A DNA stretch of 64,000 bases from an uncultured delta proteobacterium. Its GTDB lineage: Bacteria; Desulfobacterota; Desulfobacteria; Desulfobacterales; UBA2156. The stretch lies in NCBI GenBank assembly GCA_963736855.1, contig CAVTQK010000013.1, positions 1-64,000 on the forward strand, given 5' to 3'. A program made the position numbers and the translations under genes. Numbering within the stretch: position 1 is the stretch's first letter; every line of letters starts with the position of its first letter. Below are positions 1-9,381 of this stretch, in pieces. Below the pieces are notes generated by a model that was not told the DNA's origin, made no database searches, and was given only the letters and a program-made list of their open reading frames with translations.

Positions 1-259
1 CGTCCCTGTCCATTTCGAACAACCGCTCCATCACCAGGTTTGCCGCCATTCCGCCGTTGCCCGCCAGGGTTCTTGCCTTAATGGCATCAAATCCCATGGC
101 ATCACTCTCATCCGCTACCTGCAGGCTGCCCCCGTGTTTCGGCGCCGCGAGTGATGTTTGCGCACCTACGCTGATGGTGAGGGTCAGAACCGCACAAAGC
201 ACAATACCTCCCATGAGGAACGACTGCGAGTACATCCGTTTGAAGCAGCTTGATTTCAT
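1..259 (-). CDS. ABC transporter substrate-binding protein, family 5 (N-terminus; runs off the window)
   Basis: Manual translation MKSSCFKRMYSQSFLMGGIVLCAVLTLTISVGAQTSLAAPKHGGSLQVADESDAMGFD: signal peptide, then the PKxGGxL motif; GGAG RBS upstream. Confidence 0.75.
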   Translation of the reverse strand, partial: MKSSCFKRMYSQSFLMGGIVLCAVLTLTISVGAQTSLAAPKHGGSLQVADESDAMGFDAIKARTLAGNGGMAANLVMERLFEMDRD

Positions 260-301
260 TCATTTCTCCTTTTTAAGTAACCCGTTAGCATTGCCGATCA
301 G

Positions 302-868
302 TCAACACTCATCCTTGAACCCATCCACAAACATCCGCTTCGCGTCTAATATGAGCGCTCTGATCTCTTCATCGGTAAATTCATCGTAGAATGAAATGTT
401 GATAAGGATGGCCAGCCCGTAGCAGAAGATTACAATATTCTTATGGAGACCCTCTTTTTGGCGGTCAGACAATTTCGAATAATCGGGATCATTCTTCACA
501 GCCTCGCGAAGGGTTTGCCACAAGCGTTGGGTGTATTTTCTATGTGTTTCCGTATGTTTTTCATTGAAGAAACATTTGAACAGTTTCTTTTCATTTTTGG
601 CAAAAAGAACGTATCCGAGGCTCGGAAAGGATAAACCATTCTCTTTGCGGGAGTTGATCGAGTAGTGGAGCAGCAGCTCATATGCTTTTTCGATCACCGC
701 CTCTTCAAGATTGGTCATGGATTTGAGATAAGAATAAATCGGCCCGATGGAGGCATTAAGCTTTTGGGCGATGGACCGTTGCGAGAGTGCCTCCCACCCC
801 TGTTCACGAACAATGTTGAAGGCGGCTTCCACTATGTCCTCTTTCGTAAATTTTTGTTTTGGTGGCAT
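302..868 (-). CDS. TetR/AcrR family transcriptional regulator
   Basis: N-terminal HTH MPPKQKFTKEDIVEAAFNIVREQGWEALSQRSIAQKL. Confidence 0.9.
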   Translation of the reverse strand: MPPKQKFTKEDIVEAAFNIVREQGWEALSQRSIAQKLNASIGPIYSYLKSMTNLEEAVIEKAYELLLHYSINSRKENGLSFPSLGYVLFAKNEKKLFKCFFNEKHTETHRKYTQRLWQTLREAVKNDPDYSKLSDRQKEGLHKNIVIFCYGLAILINISFYDEFTDEEIRALILDAKRMFVDGFKDEC

Positions 869-914
869 GTCCTGAGGAATCCTGTTAATGGGCGTATTTG
901 ATTAAATATCTTAT

Positions 915-946
915 GATATATATCAATGGATATTATTCGTTGTCAA
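915..946 (-). promoter_or_regulatory. Putative tetR promoter (-35 TTGACA at 941-946) with palindrome TGATATATATCA (candidate operator)
   Basis: Perfect palindrome at 915-926 between the -35 box and the tetR start. Confidence 0.4.
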
Positions 947-954
947 CTCTTTTT

Positions 955-1083
955 TGCCGGGTCATCCGCGGGGGCAACTGGATCAATAACCCTGAAAATG
1001 CCCGCTCAGCCTTGCGTGGTGGAGATCATCCCACAAGCAGGAATATCGATTTAGGATTTAGGTTGGTGATGGGAAAGCGATAA
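955..1083 (+). pseudogene. Orphan C-terminal fragment of an FGE-sulfatase (SUMF1/EgtB) C-type-lectin-fold protein
   Basis: CRVIRGGNWINNPENARSALRGGDHPTSRNIDLGFRLV matches the RVxRGGxW...RxxxR...GFR terminal motif; no upstream body. Confidence 0.7.
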
Positions 1084-1205
1084 TCATCATCTGGATTAGT
1101 TAAGATCTTACCGGACACTTTGCCGTATAATACCTTTTATATCTCTGCTCTCAGGCATCAGTATCCTCATATCATTATTCTATAGAGTGTTTAACTTTTT
1201 CGCGA

Positions 1206-1360
1206 TCAATAAACCGCTGCATCCGATATTTCTTTACCCGTATCCTCGCTGGAAATATTAAGAGAAAGCGCCTCCTCTGGTCTTGCCGGCTGAACAAATC
1301 TTACTCTTTTTTTTAAAGCATCAAGCTTTATTTGCTAGTTTCTTGCTTCCGCATGTTTGA
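1206..1360 (-). pseudogene. Possible degraded FabA/FabZ-like dehydratase fragment
   Basis: KRVRFVQPARPEEALSLNI resembles the hotdog-fold vrF..Pv.PGe.l motif; lies downstream of lipid-cluster genes. Confidence 0.35.
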
Positions 1361-1374
1361 ATCGACGAGAGATA

Positions 1375-2184
1375 TTAAATATTATTTCTTAATCTCATAA
1401 TTTCTTTGTTTATCAATACGTTAAGCTCAACAAAAGTAAATCCCCGGCGGACAATTTCTTCAAGAATTGTTTCCACTTGCGCGAGAAAAGCTCCGTTGAC
1501 CTGAGGGCTGCGGGCAGGAACATCATGCAGTAAAATAATATCGTCGCTTTTAACTTTTTTTAAAATTTTTTTGCTGATGTTTTTCACGCGAAGATTCCCG
1601 GCATCAAAAGCGCGGCAACTGAACGTCACGCAAAACATTCCCAGTTTATCCAGCACCACGGCAAGCTTCGGATTTACTATGCCTATCGGCGGGCGGAAGA
1701 TCAGCGCTTCAATGCCCATTTCCCGCAACACCCTCTGCGCTTCGGCTATTTCCCTATATAGAGTACGGTAACTCTTCAGCATCAGGAAAGGATTGTGACT
1801 GTAAGAATGGTTGCCAATAGCATGGCCACGAGCAATAATATCTTGTATAATTTCAGGATAGTACAAAGCATTTATACCGGAAACGAAAAAAGTTGCCTTC
1901 ACCGAGTATTTATCGAGCAGATCAAGAATATGTTTTGTTACCGGCTCGGAAGGCCCGTCGTCAAAAGTAAGCGCGACAAATTTTTTACCGGTTTTTCCGC
2001 GGTTAATCACAGGCAAAAATAAATTCGTTTGAGGAAAAAATGAAGCGACGGCGCATAGGATAATATAAAAAAAAGCCAGCGCGGCGCTCAACAGAGGATT
2101 GATAAAATAAATCAGGGCGGCAACGGCCAGAAGTATTATTCCCAAAACTTCCGCCGGATTCCGCCAGAATAAAAGACTTTTCAT
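1375..2184 (-). CDS. Polysaccharide deacetylase (NodB domain) with N-terminal TM helices
   Basis: TFDDGP, HSYSH, FRPP and LLHD motifs. Confidence 0.9.
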   Translation of the reverse strand: MKSLLFWRNPAEVLGIILLAVAALIYFINPLLSAALAFFYIILCAVASFFPQTNLFLPVINRGKTGKKFVALTFDDGPSEPVTKHILDLLDKYSVKATFFVSGINALYYPEIIQDIIARGHAIGNHSYSHNPFLMLKSYRTLYREIAEAQRVLREMGIEALIFRPPIGIVNPKLAVVLDKLGMFCVTFSCRAFDAGNLRVKNISKKILKKVKSDDIILLHDVPARSPQVNGAFLAQVETILEEIVRRGFTFVELNVLINKEIMRLRNNI

Positions 2185-2226
2185 TGATAAAAAACCTTTA
2201 CGAAGTCCTAAGCCTTTTTTAATTCT

Positions 2227-2363
2227 ACTAGATCGATTTAAAAGGATAACGAAGCGGCAAGAGGAGGGTTCCGCAGGCGTATTATTAACGCGTAACCTTC
2301 AGGTTATACGTTGAGGAAACCGACGACGATGCCAACAAAGTTAGCCAACAAAAGCGATCTGGT
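2227..2363. repeat. Small intergenic element with imperfect terminal inverted repeats (REP/MITE-like)
   Basis: ACTAGATCGATTT ... AAAAGCGATCTGGT ends; internal hairpin GTAACCT-TC-AGGTTAT. Confidence 0.5.
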
Positions 2364-2364
2364 A

Positions 2365-3714
2365 TCATTGAATCAGGTGCTCCCACAGTGGTCCCGTAAA
2401 GCCGCGTTCGTATAATTTCGGCAGCACGCGGGTGGCTTTGCTTTCCCCGGCTCCGACCAGCCAATTGAAACGGCCGGCAGCATGATTTTCCACCATTTTC
2501 ATAATTTCCCGATCTGAAATATGCGGTGATCTGTAAAATACCGGCGGCAATAGACTTTGTGTGGTTTTTATCTGGCCTTCCCGCAAAGCGACATCATAAA
2601 GGGCGGTATGCGGATAAATTCTGATGCCGCAAAAAAAGAAAAAAATCGCTTTTTCCAGTTTATCAATGCCATATAAGGTGTCCTGAACGGTTTGTTTGTT
2701 TTCGCCGGGGCCGCCCAGCAAAAAATAATGAGCGATATGAAGCCCAGCCGCCAGCGCCTGGTTATGGGCGTTAAAAACATTGCCTGCTTTAAAAGGCTTT
2801 TGTAAAACGGAAAGCATTGCATCGGATAAGGCTTCCGTGCCGAATTCCACATGAGTCAAACCGGCATCGGCAAGTTTTTGATAATAATCTGCCGGCGGCA
2901 TTGTCGGGGCGAAAAATCCTCCCCAGGGTATCGACAGTTTGGCCTTGATAAACGCCTGAGCAATTTGAAGGCTTTGATCGAAACTGGCGTTAAAAGCGGA
3001 ATCGGTAATAAATATGTACTTGGCACCGGCATCCTGCAATTCGCGGGCTTTGGCGGCAACATCCTCAGGCGGGAAAAATCTCATTTTAGGACCTTCAATA
3101 TGGGGATAAGTGCAGTAACTGCAGCGAAAAGGGCATCCTCTTTTTGTCTGCAAATTAAGCATGCCTCCGTAAGATAAATAAAAATGCGTATGAGAACTTG
3201 AAGGATCGAACCTTCTTTTGATGGCGCTTTTCCATGGCGCGTAAGAAACACGCGCAGATTTTCTAGTCACAACGCCGGGCATTGTTTCCACGTCCGTATT
3301 ATTTTTAAGCGCTTCCAGAAGGACGGGCAACCTTTCGCCTTCGCCGGCAATGCCGTAATCGGCCCCAAGCGCCTGCATAAACTCCAGCGGAAAAACAGTA
3401 AAACCGCTGCCGCCCAAAATCAGCAAAGCCTTGGAATTTTCACGAATCAAACGCGTTAATTTTTGATATTCTTCGAGGAAACCGTGGCTGTTTATTGTAT
3501 CCGTGTTATCGACATTCCTTATCGAAAGCCCGACAACATCGGGCGAAAACTCTCTGATCAGCGCTGTCAATTTATCAAGATTGTCAAACTCATTCAAATC
3601 CAAGATTTTCGTTTGATATCCGGAATCCAGAGAGCCGGCGACATAATCAAGTCCTAGCGGATAGACCGGATAGGGTACCCTTAAAGTGTTTGCTGAAATC
3701 AGCAATACTTTCAT
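2365..3714 (-). CDS. B12-binding radical SAM protein, lipid-biosynthesis type (TIGR04072-like)
   Basis: N-terminus MKVLLISAN..PYPVYPLGL, SIRNVD cobalamin domain, KRGCPFRCSYC. Confidence 0.85.
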   Translation of the reverse strand: MKVLLISANTLRVPYPVYPLGLDYVAGSLDSGYQTKILDLNEFDNLDKLTALIREFSPDVVGLSIRNVDNTDTINSHGFLEEYQKLTRLIRENSKALLILGGSGFTVFPLEFMQALGADYGIAGEGERLPVLLEALKNNTDVETMPGVVTRKSARVSYAPWKSAIKRRFDPSSSHTHFYLSYGGMLNLQTKRGCPFRCSYCTYPHIEGPKMRFFPPEDVAAKARELQDAGAKYIFITDSAFNASFDQSLQIAQAFIKAKLSIPWGGFFAPTMPPADYYQKLADAGLTHVEFGTEALSDAMLSVLQKPFKAGNVFNAHNQALAAGLHIAHYFLLGGPGENKQTVQDTLYGIDKLEKAIFFFFCGIRIYPHTALYDVALREGQIKTTQSLLPPVFYRSPHISDREIMKMVENHAAGRFNWLVGAGESKATRVLPKLYERGFTGPLWEHLIQ

Positions 3715-4452
3715 AATAAAGGCATAGTATATATAAAAATGTTATATTTTCTTGAACTTCAGTCTCAGCTTTTTTCCGCTGGTTTTCGAAAATGTGCGCG
3801 GCTAGTGTAGTATCTCAATAAGATCTTGACAATATTTTTTTCATAGCATGGTTGCTTTCATGTGGAACCGATTACTGATCAAGTTCCTGTTGACGGTTAA
3901 TAGTTATTGAGATAATAAATTAAAGTTCCATTATTAGAATCGTATCCCTTGCATTTGACCGCAGGTGATGATGAAACTCAGCCCGTCTGCTTCAATGAAC
4001 AACGCTTGGAAAAAGCAGCCTCTGATATATCTATTCCCGACATATCGAATTTTTAAGTCATTTGTCCGAGACCTTTGCTGAACACACAAGAAATGGCTTC
4101 AATCGTTAGGTCCTTACTCACTCCAAACGTAGCCATGAACCCAGATTCCATGAGCCTCTGCCGAGCGCTATGGCAATTCCCCACTTTGGTTAAGATTGTG
4201 ATCATCTCGGCTATTCCTTGAGAAATAGGATTCACCCCCTCCGAGCGAAGGCAACCGGTTCAATAAGAAAGTGCATCTCCACGGTAGCATGTCCATTCCC
4301 TCCACTTGAACCGTGATTCCAATAAAACCTCACCCATTCTGGACAAATCCAATCGCCTTTATAGTTGACATTCAGCAGCACAAATAATAAACATATGTCA
4401 AAAATGATATAATGCGAGAGCTGAAAGAAATCATGACAAAGGAGAAACCATT

Positions 4453-7134
4453 ATGCGAGTGGTGAGGCTGACGATAGACGGAATGGATGTCTCAGTACCA
4501 GAGGGGAGCACCATCCTTCATGCGGCGAAAAGCGCGGGGATCAGGATTCCGACGCTTTGCTTTCACGAAAGATTGAAACCCATAGGGTCCTGCGGAATCT
4601 GCGTTGTTGAAGTCGATGGGAACGAAACGCCCGTGACTTCGTGCAAGACGCCGGTAGCGGATGGCATGTCAGTGACTACCTATTCGGATCGTCTCTTTTC
4701 CATGCGTCAGGATAAATTAAAGGCTATCCTGGTCCATCATCCGTTGGATTGCCCAATCTGCGACAAAGCGGGAGAGTGCCTGCTGCAGGACCTTGTTTTT
4801 GAACATGGCATTACAGGAGTTGAAGCGCCGGCACCGACCTCGAAATTTACCGCTCCATACACCACGACCTTCCTCAAATCCTGGCCGGAACGCTGCGTGT
4901 TATGCCTGCGCTGCGTGAGCGCCTGCACAGAAATTCAGGGGCATTTCGCGCTTTCGGTATCCGAAGGGCCGGACGTTAAGTGGATTTCATACGACCAAGA
5001 TAAATGCGTATCCTGCGGTGAGTGCATCCAGCTATGCCCTACAGGCGCTCTGGTTGAAAAGAAATCGACCTTGCGCTGGCGGTCCTGGGAAGTTGACAAG
5101 AAGATTCGAACCACTTGTCCATACTGCGGCGTCGGATGCCAGCAGATGCTTCATGTCAAGAACGGCAGGATCGTGAAAGTGACCGGCGTCGAGGATGCGG
5201 AGCCCAACAAAGGCCGCCTCTGTGTCAAAGGAAGATATGGGTTTGATTTCATTTATTCCGAGGAACGACTGAAAACACCGCTGATCAAGGAAAACGGACG
5301 ATTCAGGGAAGCTTCCTTTGACGAGGCGTTTAGGACTGGTCGTGAAGCGATTTAAGGAGATCATTGCGGAAAGCGGCCCCGACGCCATTGCCGGCGTCAG
5401 TTGCGCCCGAAGCATCAATGAAGATTCCTACCAGATGCAGAAGCTGTTTCGCGCGGTGATCGGAACCAACAACATCGATCACTGCGCCCGTACCTGACAC
5501 GCTCCCACGGTTGCCGGACTGGCGACCACGTTCGGTTCAGGTGCCATGACCAATTCATTCAATGAGTTTGCAAAGGCGAAAATGTTTCTGGTGATCGGGT
5601 CCAATATGACCGAGGCCCATCCCGTCGCCTCGACGTTTCTCAAAAATGCGGTGGCCAATGGCGCGCAGTTGATTGTCGTTGATCCGCGGAAGCACAAGCT
5701 CTGCGATTTCGCCGCGCTTCATCTGCCGTTGAAGGTCGGGAGCGATATCGCTTTGCTCAATGCCATCATGCATGTGCTGATCACCGAAGATCTCTATGAC
5801 CGGCAGTTCGTGGAATCATGCACAATGGGCTTCGATGACCTGAAGGAAAAGGTCATGAACTATCCGCCGGAACGTGCGAGCGGATATCTGCGGCATCGAG
5901 CCGGAAATCATTCGGACGCCGCCAGGCGTCTCGCGGCCACAAAGCCGGTGATGCTCTGTTACACTCTGGGGATTACCGAGCATACCTGCGGCAAGAACAA
6001 TGTCATGACCACGGCCAATCTCCAGATGCTGCTGGGAAACATGGGGATGGAGTGCGGCGGCGTCAATCCACTTCGCGGGCAAAACAATGTTCAGGGTGCC
6101 TGCGACATGGGCGCCCTGCCCAATGTGTTTCCCGGATATCAACCGGTCACGAACCCGGATGCTCCGTGCAAAATTCGAAAAGGCCTGGGGGGTGAAAAAG
6201 CTTTCAGGGCAACCCGGGTTGATGATGCCGCAGATGATGGAAGGTCTTGTCAGCAAGAAGATCAGGGGGTTCTACATCTTCGGAGAAAATCTGGCCAATT
6301 CCGAGCCCGACATCCGAAAAGTCGAGCACGAACTTGCTTCTGCGGAATTTCTCGTTTGCCAGGATATTTTTCCAACGGAAACCACCCGCTTTGCGCATGT
6401 GATCTTCCCGGCAGCGGCCTGGAGCGAAAACGACGGCACTTTCTCCAGCAGTGAACGCCGGGTTAACCGGGTCCGTACTGCCAGCCCTCCGCCTGGGTTG
6501 GCAAAGCCGAACTGGTGGATCTTCAAAGAGATAGCGAAACGGATGGGACATGACTGGGTATCCGACAGCGCTCAGGATATCTGGGATAACGAGGTCTCCG
6601 TTTTGGCTCCGAGTCTCAAGGGAATCAAATACGCCCGGCTTGAAAACGACGGACTCCAATGGCCATGTCCCCAACGAGGACCACCCGGGAACCTGCTTCT
6701 TGCATAAGAGCGGTCAGTTCACTTGCGGTCTTGGCAGATTCATGCCGGTGGACTGGACTCCTCCGGCTGAAGTACCGGATACCGAATATCCCTTGGTGCT
6801 TTCCACCGGACGGCGTCTCTATCAGTATCATACCCGAACCCAGACCGGGCGCTGCGAGGGTATAAACAACCTCCTCGGAGAGGAGACCGCCGATATCTCT
6901 TTACAGGATGCGAGCACAATGGGAATTCAACCCGATGAGAAGATACGAGTGAAATCGCGTCGAGGTGAGGTGATCGTCAAGGCCCGGGTGACCCCTGAGG
7001 TACCATCGGGACTGGTCTGGATGGCGTTTCATTTCCGGGAGACTTGCGCCAACTGGCTGACCAACCCGGTGTTTGACCCCGATACCCTGACGGCGGAATA
7101 CAAGGCCTGTGCTGTCCAGATCGAAAAGTTGTGA
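4453..7134 (+). CDS. fdhF: Selenocysteine-containing formate dehydrogenase alpha subunit with N-terminal 2Fe-2S/4Fe-4S domains (several frameshifts, about 5330, 5880-5910, 6165, 6670)
   Basis: CPYCGVGC, DHCART-TGA-HAPTVAGL, PLRGQNNVQG, C-terminal molydopterin-binding domain; pieces lie in consecutive frames. Confidence 0.9.
5509..5527 (+). promoter_or_regulatory. SECIS hairpin of fdh
   Basis: GGTTGCC-GGACT-GGCGACC stem-loop starting 11 nt after TGA 5495-5497; same geometry as the E. coli fdhF SECIS. Confidence 0.85.
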
Positions 7135-7166
7135 AATTGATTGGCTGACAAATATCGTGCGAAGAA

Positions 7167-7280
7167 ACACAGCGCGACCGAAGGCAGCAACCAAAAGATC
7201 CTTTTCACCACGAAGGACGAAGAGCACGAAGAGTTTTGCAGACGACCTCTTCCCCTTGGTATCCTTCTTGTTCTTCGTGC
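7167..7280. repeat. REP-like palindromic element
   Basis: CCACGAAGGACGAAGAGCACGAAG ... CTTCTTGTTCTTCGTG inverted arms after fdh. Confidence 0.45.
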
Positions 7281-7322
7281 CAGATCTTCGGCGATTTTTA
7301 AAATTTCAATCCACACCTTGGT

Positions 7323-7508
7323 GACTTCCCATTTCCGCCCGGTTTGCATCTTGACCCGCCGGCTGAATTCGGATACTGCCTGATCCGACCAGGGAATCTT
7401 GGTGGCCTTAAAGGTGAACTCTAAAAAGGCGATCTCGTTGGTCGGTGCTACCTTGCTCTTTTTCAGGTTGACCGTGAGCTTGAGTTTACGTTCCAGGAAC
7501 CGGGTGAT
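7323..7508 (-). pseudogene. Internal fragment of a group II intron reverse transcriptase/maturase (class C-like)
   Basis: ITRFLERKLKLTVNLKKSKVAPTNEIAFLEFTF...WSDQAVSEFSRRVK.QTGRKW corresponds to RT6-7 and the start of domain X. Confidence 0.75.
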
Positions 7509-7533
7509 GATTACCGTTATGAGAGGATGACGA

Positions 7534-7902
7534 ATGGAATTAAAGAAAATAAACCTTTTGGAAAAGTTCGGGAAACTTCCCGCTGGCAATTATGCTGTAG
7601 GACTGATAGCCAAGATGAATAATTACGATTTCAAAATCGTGAAATTCAAGGGTGACTTCATCTGGCACAGCCATCCGGATACAGATGAGACTTTCATTAT
7701 TTTAGATGGAACGCTTGTAATGAATTTCCGCGACCGAAAGATTGAGGTTCAAGCCGGAGAGATGATTGTTATTCCAAAAGGAATCGAGCATAAACCATCC
7801 TCGACAGATGGATACAAAGCCCTCCTCATTGAGCCGGAAGGAGTTCCAAATACGGGTGATGTAAAAAATGAAATTACCATAAATAAGATTGACTGGGTGT
7901 AA
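7534..7902 (+). CDS. Cupin domain protein
   Basis: FIWHSHPDTDE and IPKGIEHKP motifs. Confidence 0.85.
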   Translation: MELKKINLLEKFGKLPAGNYAVGLIAKMNNYDFKIVKFKGDFIWHSHPDTDETFIILDGTLVMNFRDRKIEVQAGEMIVIPKGIEHKPSSTDGYKALLIEPEGVPNTGDVKNEITINKIDWV

Positions 7903-7945
7903 AAATAGTAGCCGCTGCTCTGCATAATAAATATCGCACTGAAAT

Positions 7946-8653
7946 ATGAACAACATTATCCATAAGATCAGACAAGAGCTGAAGCAAAAAGCGGATGAAA
8001 ATACACAAAGAACCGGCCAAAAGTTTTTTAAGGAACGGGTTCGGTTGTATGGAGTGAAAACCGCTGTTGTGAGAAGCATCGGGAAAAAATATTTTAAAGA
8101 GATCAAGGAACAGAGTAAAGTGGATATTTTCAAGCTTTGTGAGGATCTTTGGAAATCGGGATATTTGGAAGAAAGCTATATTGCCTGTAATTGGTCCTAT
8201 TTTCTTCGGAAATACTATGAGCCTCAGGATTTTCTGATTTTCGAAAGATGGGTCAAGGATTACGTTAGTAACTGGGCGTCTTGTGATACGCTCTGTAACC
8301 ATACCATCGGCTCATTCCTTGAAATGTATTCGGATTATTTATCCAAATTAAAAATCTGGGCGACATCTTCCAACCGCTGGGTGCGAAGAGCAGCCGCTGT
8401 ATCTCTGATTATTCCTGCCAAGCAAGGAAAATTTCTGCAAGATATTTTTGAGGTAGCCGATATCCTTCTTTTAGATAAAGATGACCTGGTTCAAAAGGGC
8501 TATGGCTGGATGCTGAAGGCAGCCAGTCATGCACACCAGCAAGAGGTTTTTAAGTATGTTCTCGCCAATAAAACGACCATGCCGAGAACTGCCTTGCGCT
8601 ATGCCATTGAAAACATGCCGAAAGAGTTGAAAAATAAGGCGATGGAAAAATAG
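7946..8653 (+). CDS. DNA alkylation repair protein (AlkD-like)
   Basis: NWASCD, WVRRAA, VQKGYGWMLK, MPRTALRYAIE. Confidence 0.9.
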   Translation: MNNIIHKIRQELKQKADENTQRTGQKFFKERVRLYGVKTAVVRSIGKKYFKEIKEQSKVDIFKLCEDLWKSGYLEESYIACNWSYFLRKYYEPQDFLIFERWVKDYVSNWASCDTLCNHTIGSFLEMYSDYLSKLKIWATSSNRWVRRAAAVSLIIPAKQGKFLQDIFEVADILLLDKDDLVQKGYGWMLKAASHAHQQEVFKYVLANKTTMPRTALRYAIENMPKELKNKAMEK

Positions 8654-8692
8654 TTTGATTGGCCAGCGATCTTCCTGTTTGAAAAGAAAGAA

Positions 8693-9157
8693 ATGAAAGT
8701 AAAATACAAGCACACAAACATTATTGCCAGAGACTGGCGGTTACTGGCTCGGTTTTATCAGGACGTTTTCGGGTGCATCCTTGTTCCGCCCGAGCGTGAC
8801 CTTTCGGGTGAATGGCTGGACAGAGGCACTGGCGTGAAGGATGCCCGCTTCATGGGAGCCCACCTTCGTCTTCCGGGGCATGGCGACAACGGACCAACAT
8901 TAGAAATCTACCAGTACAGTCACAACGAACCCAGATCTTCCACGGCCGCCAATCGAGAAGGCATCATGCATCTTGCTTTCGAGGTTGATGATGTAGAGCA
9001 GGCTCTTGACGAGGTGCTGAAGAATGGAGGCGGCAAAGTCGGCGATATTGCTTCTTCAGAAGTGGAAGGCGTCGGTCTTCTGACATTTGTTTATTGTGCC
9101 GATCCGGAAGGAAATATTGTTGAGCTGCAAGCCTGGAAAGGAATCATCGAAAGATGA
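8693..9157 (+). CDS. VOC/glyoxalase family protein
   Basis: HTNI, HLAFEVDD, DPEGNIVEL. Confidence 0.9.
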   Translation: MKVKYKHTNIIARDWRLLARFYQDVFGCILVPPERDLSGEWLDRGTGVKDARFMGAHLRLPGHGDNGPTLEIYQYSHNEPRSSTAANREGIMHLAFEVDDVEQALDEVLKNGGGKVGDIASSEVEGVGLLTFVYCADPEGNIVELQAWKGIIER

Positions 9158-9381
9158 AATCCATTAGTTGCTCAATTCTGCTTCCCTTCATTACAAAAGG
9201 GGCATCTTTGCGTTAGCCGTAAAGAAATAATGAAAAAACGCGGATGACATCCATCAAAGACCGGAATTTCTTCCGATTCTGTTTTCAGCCCTCGCTGGCC
9301 AGTGGTCACTGGCCACTGATGACTTTCTTTTGGCGCCTTGGCGTCTTGGTGTGAGGAATATTTTTGCCGCTTCTCCTAAAA

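Noticed and set aside
3900..4330. Short ORF 4053-4235 and surrounding DNA
   Set aside because: No recognisable motif in the frames I translated; possibly decayed sequence
955..7508. Complete DGR formed by the FGE fragment and the RT fragment
   Set aside because: The RT piece is group II intron-like, lacks the catalytic domain and is 6 kb away; no TR/VR pair in the window
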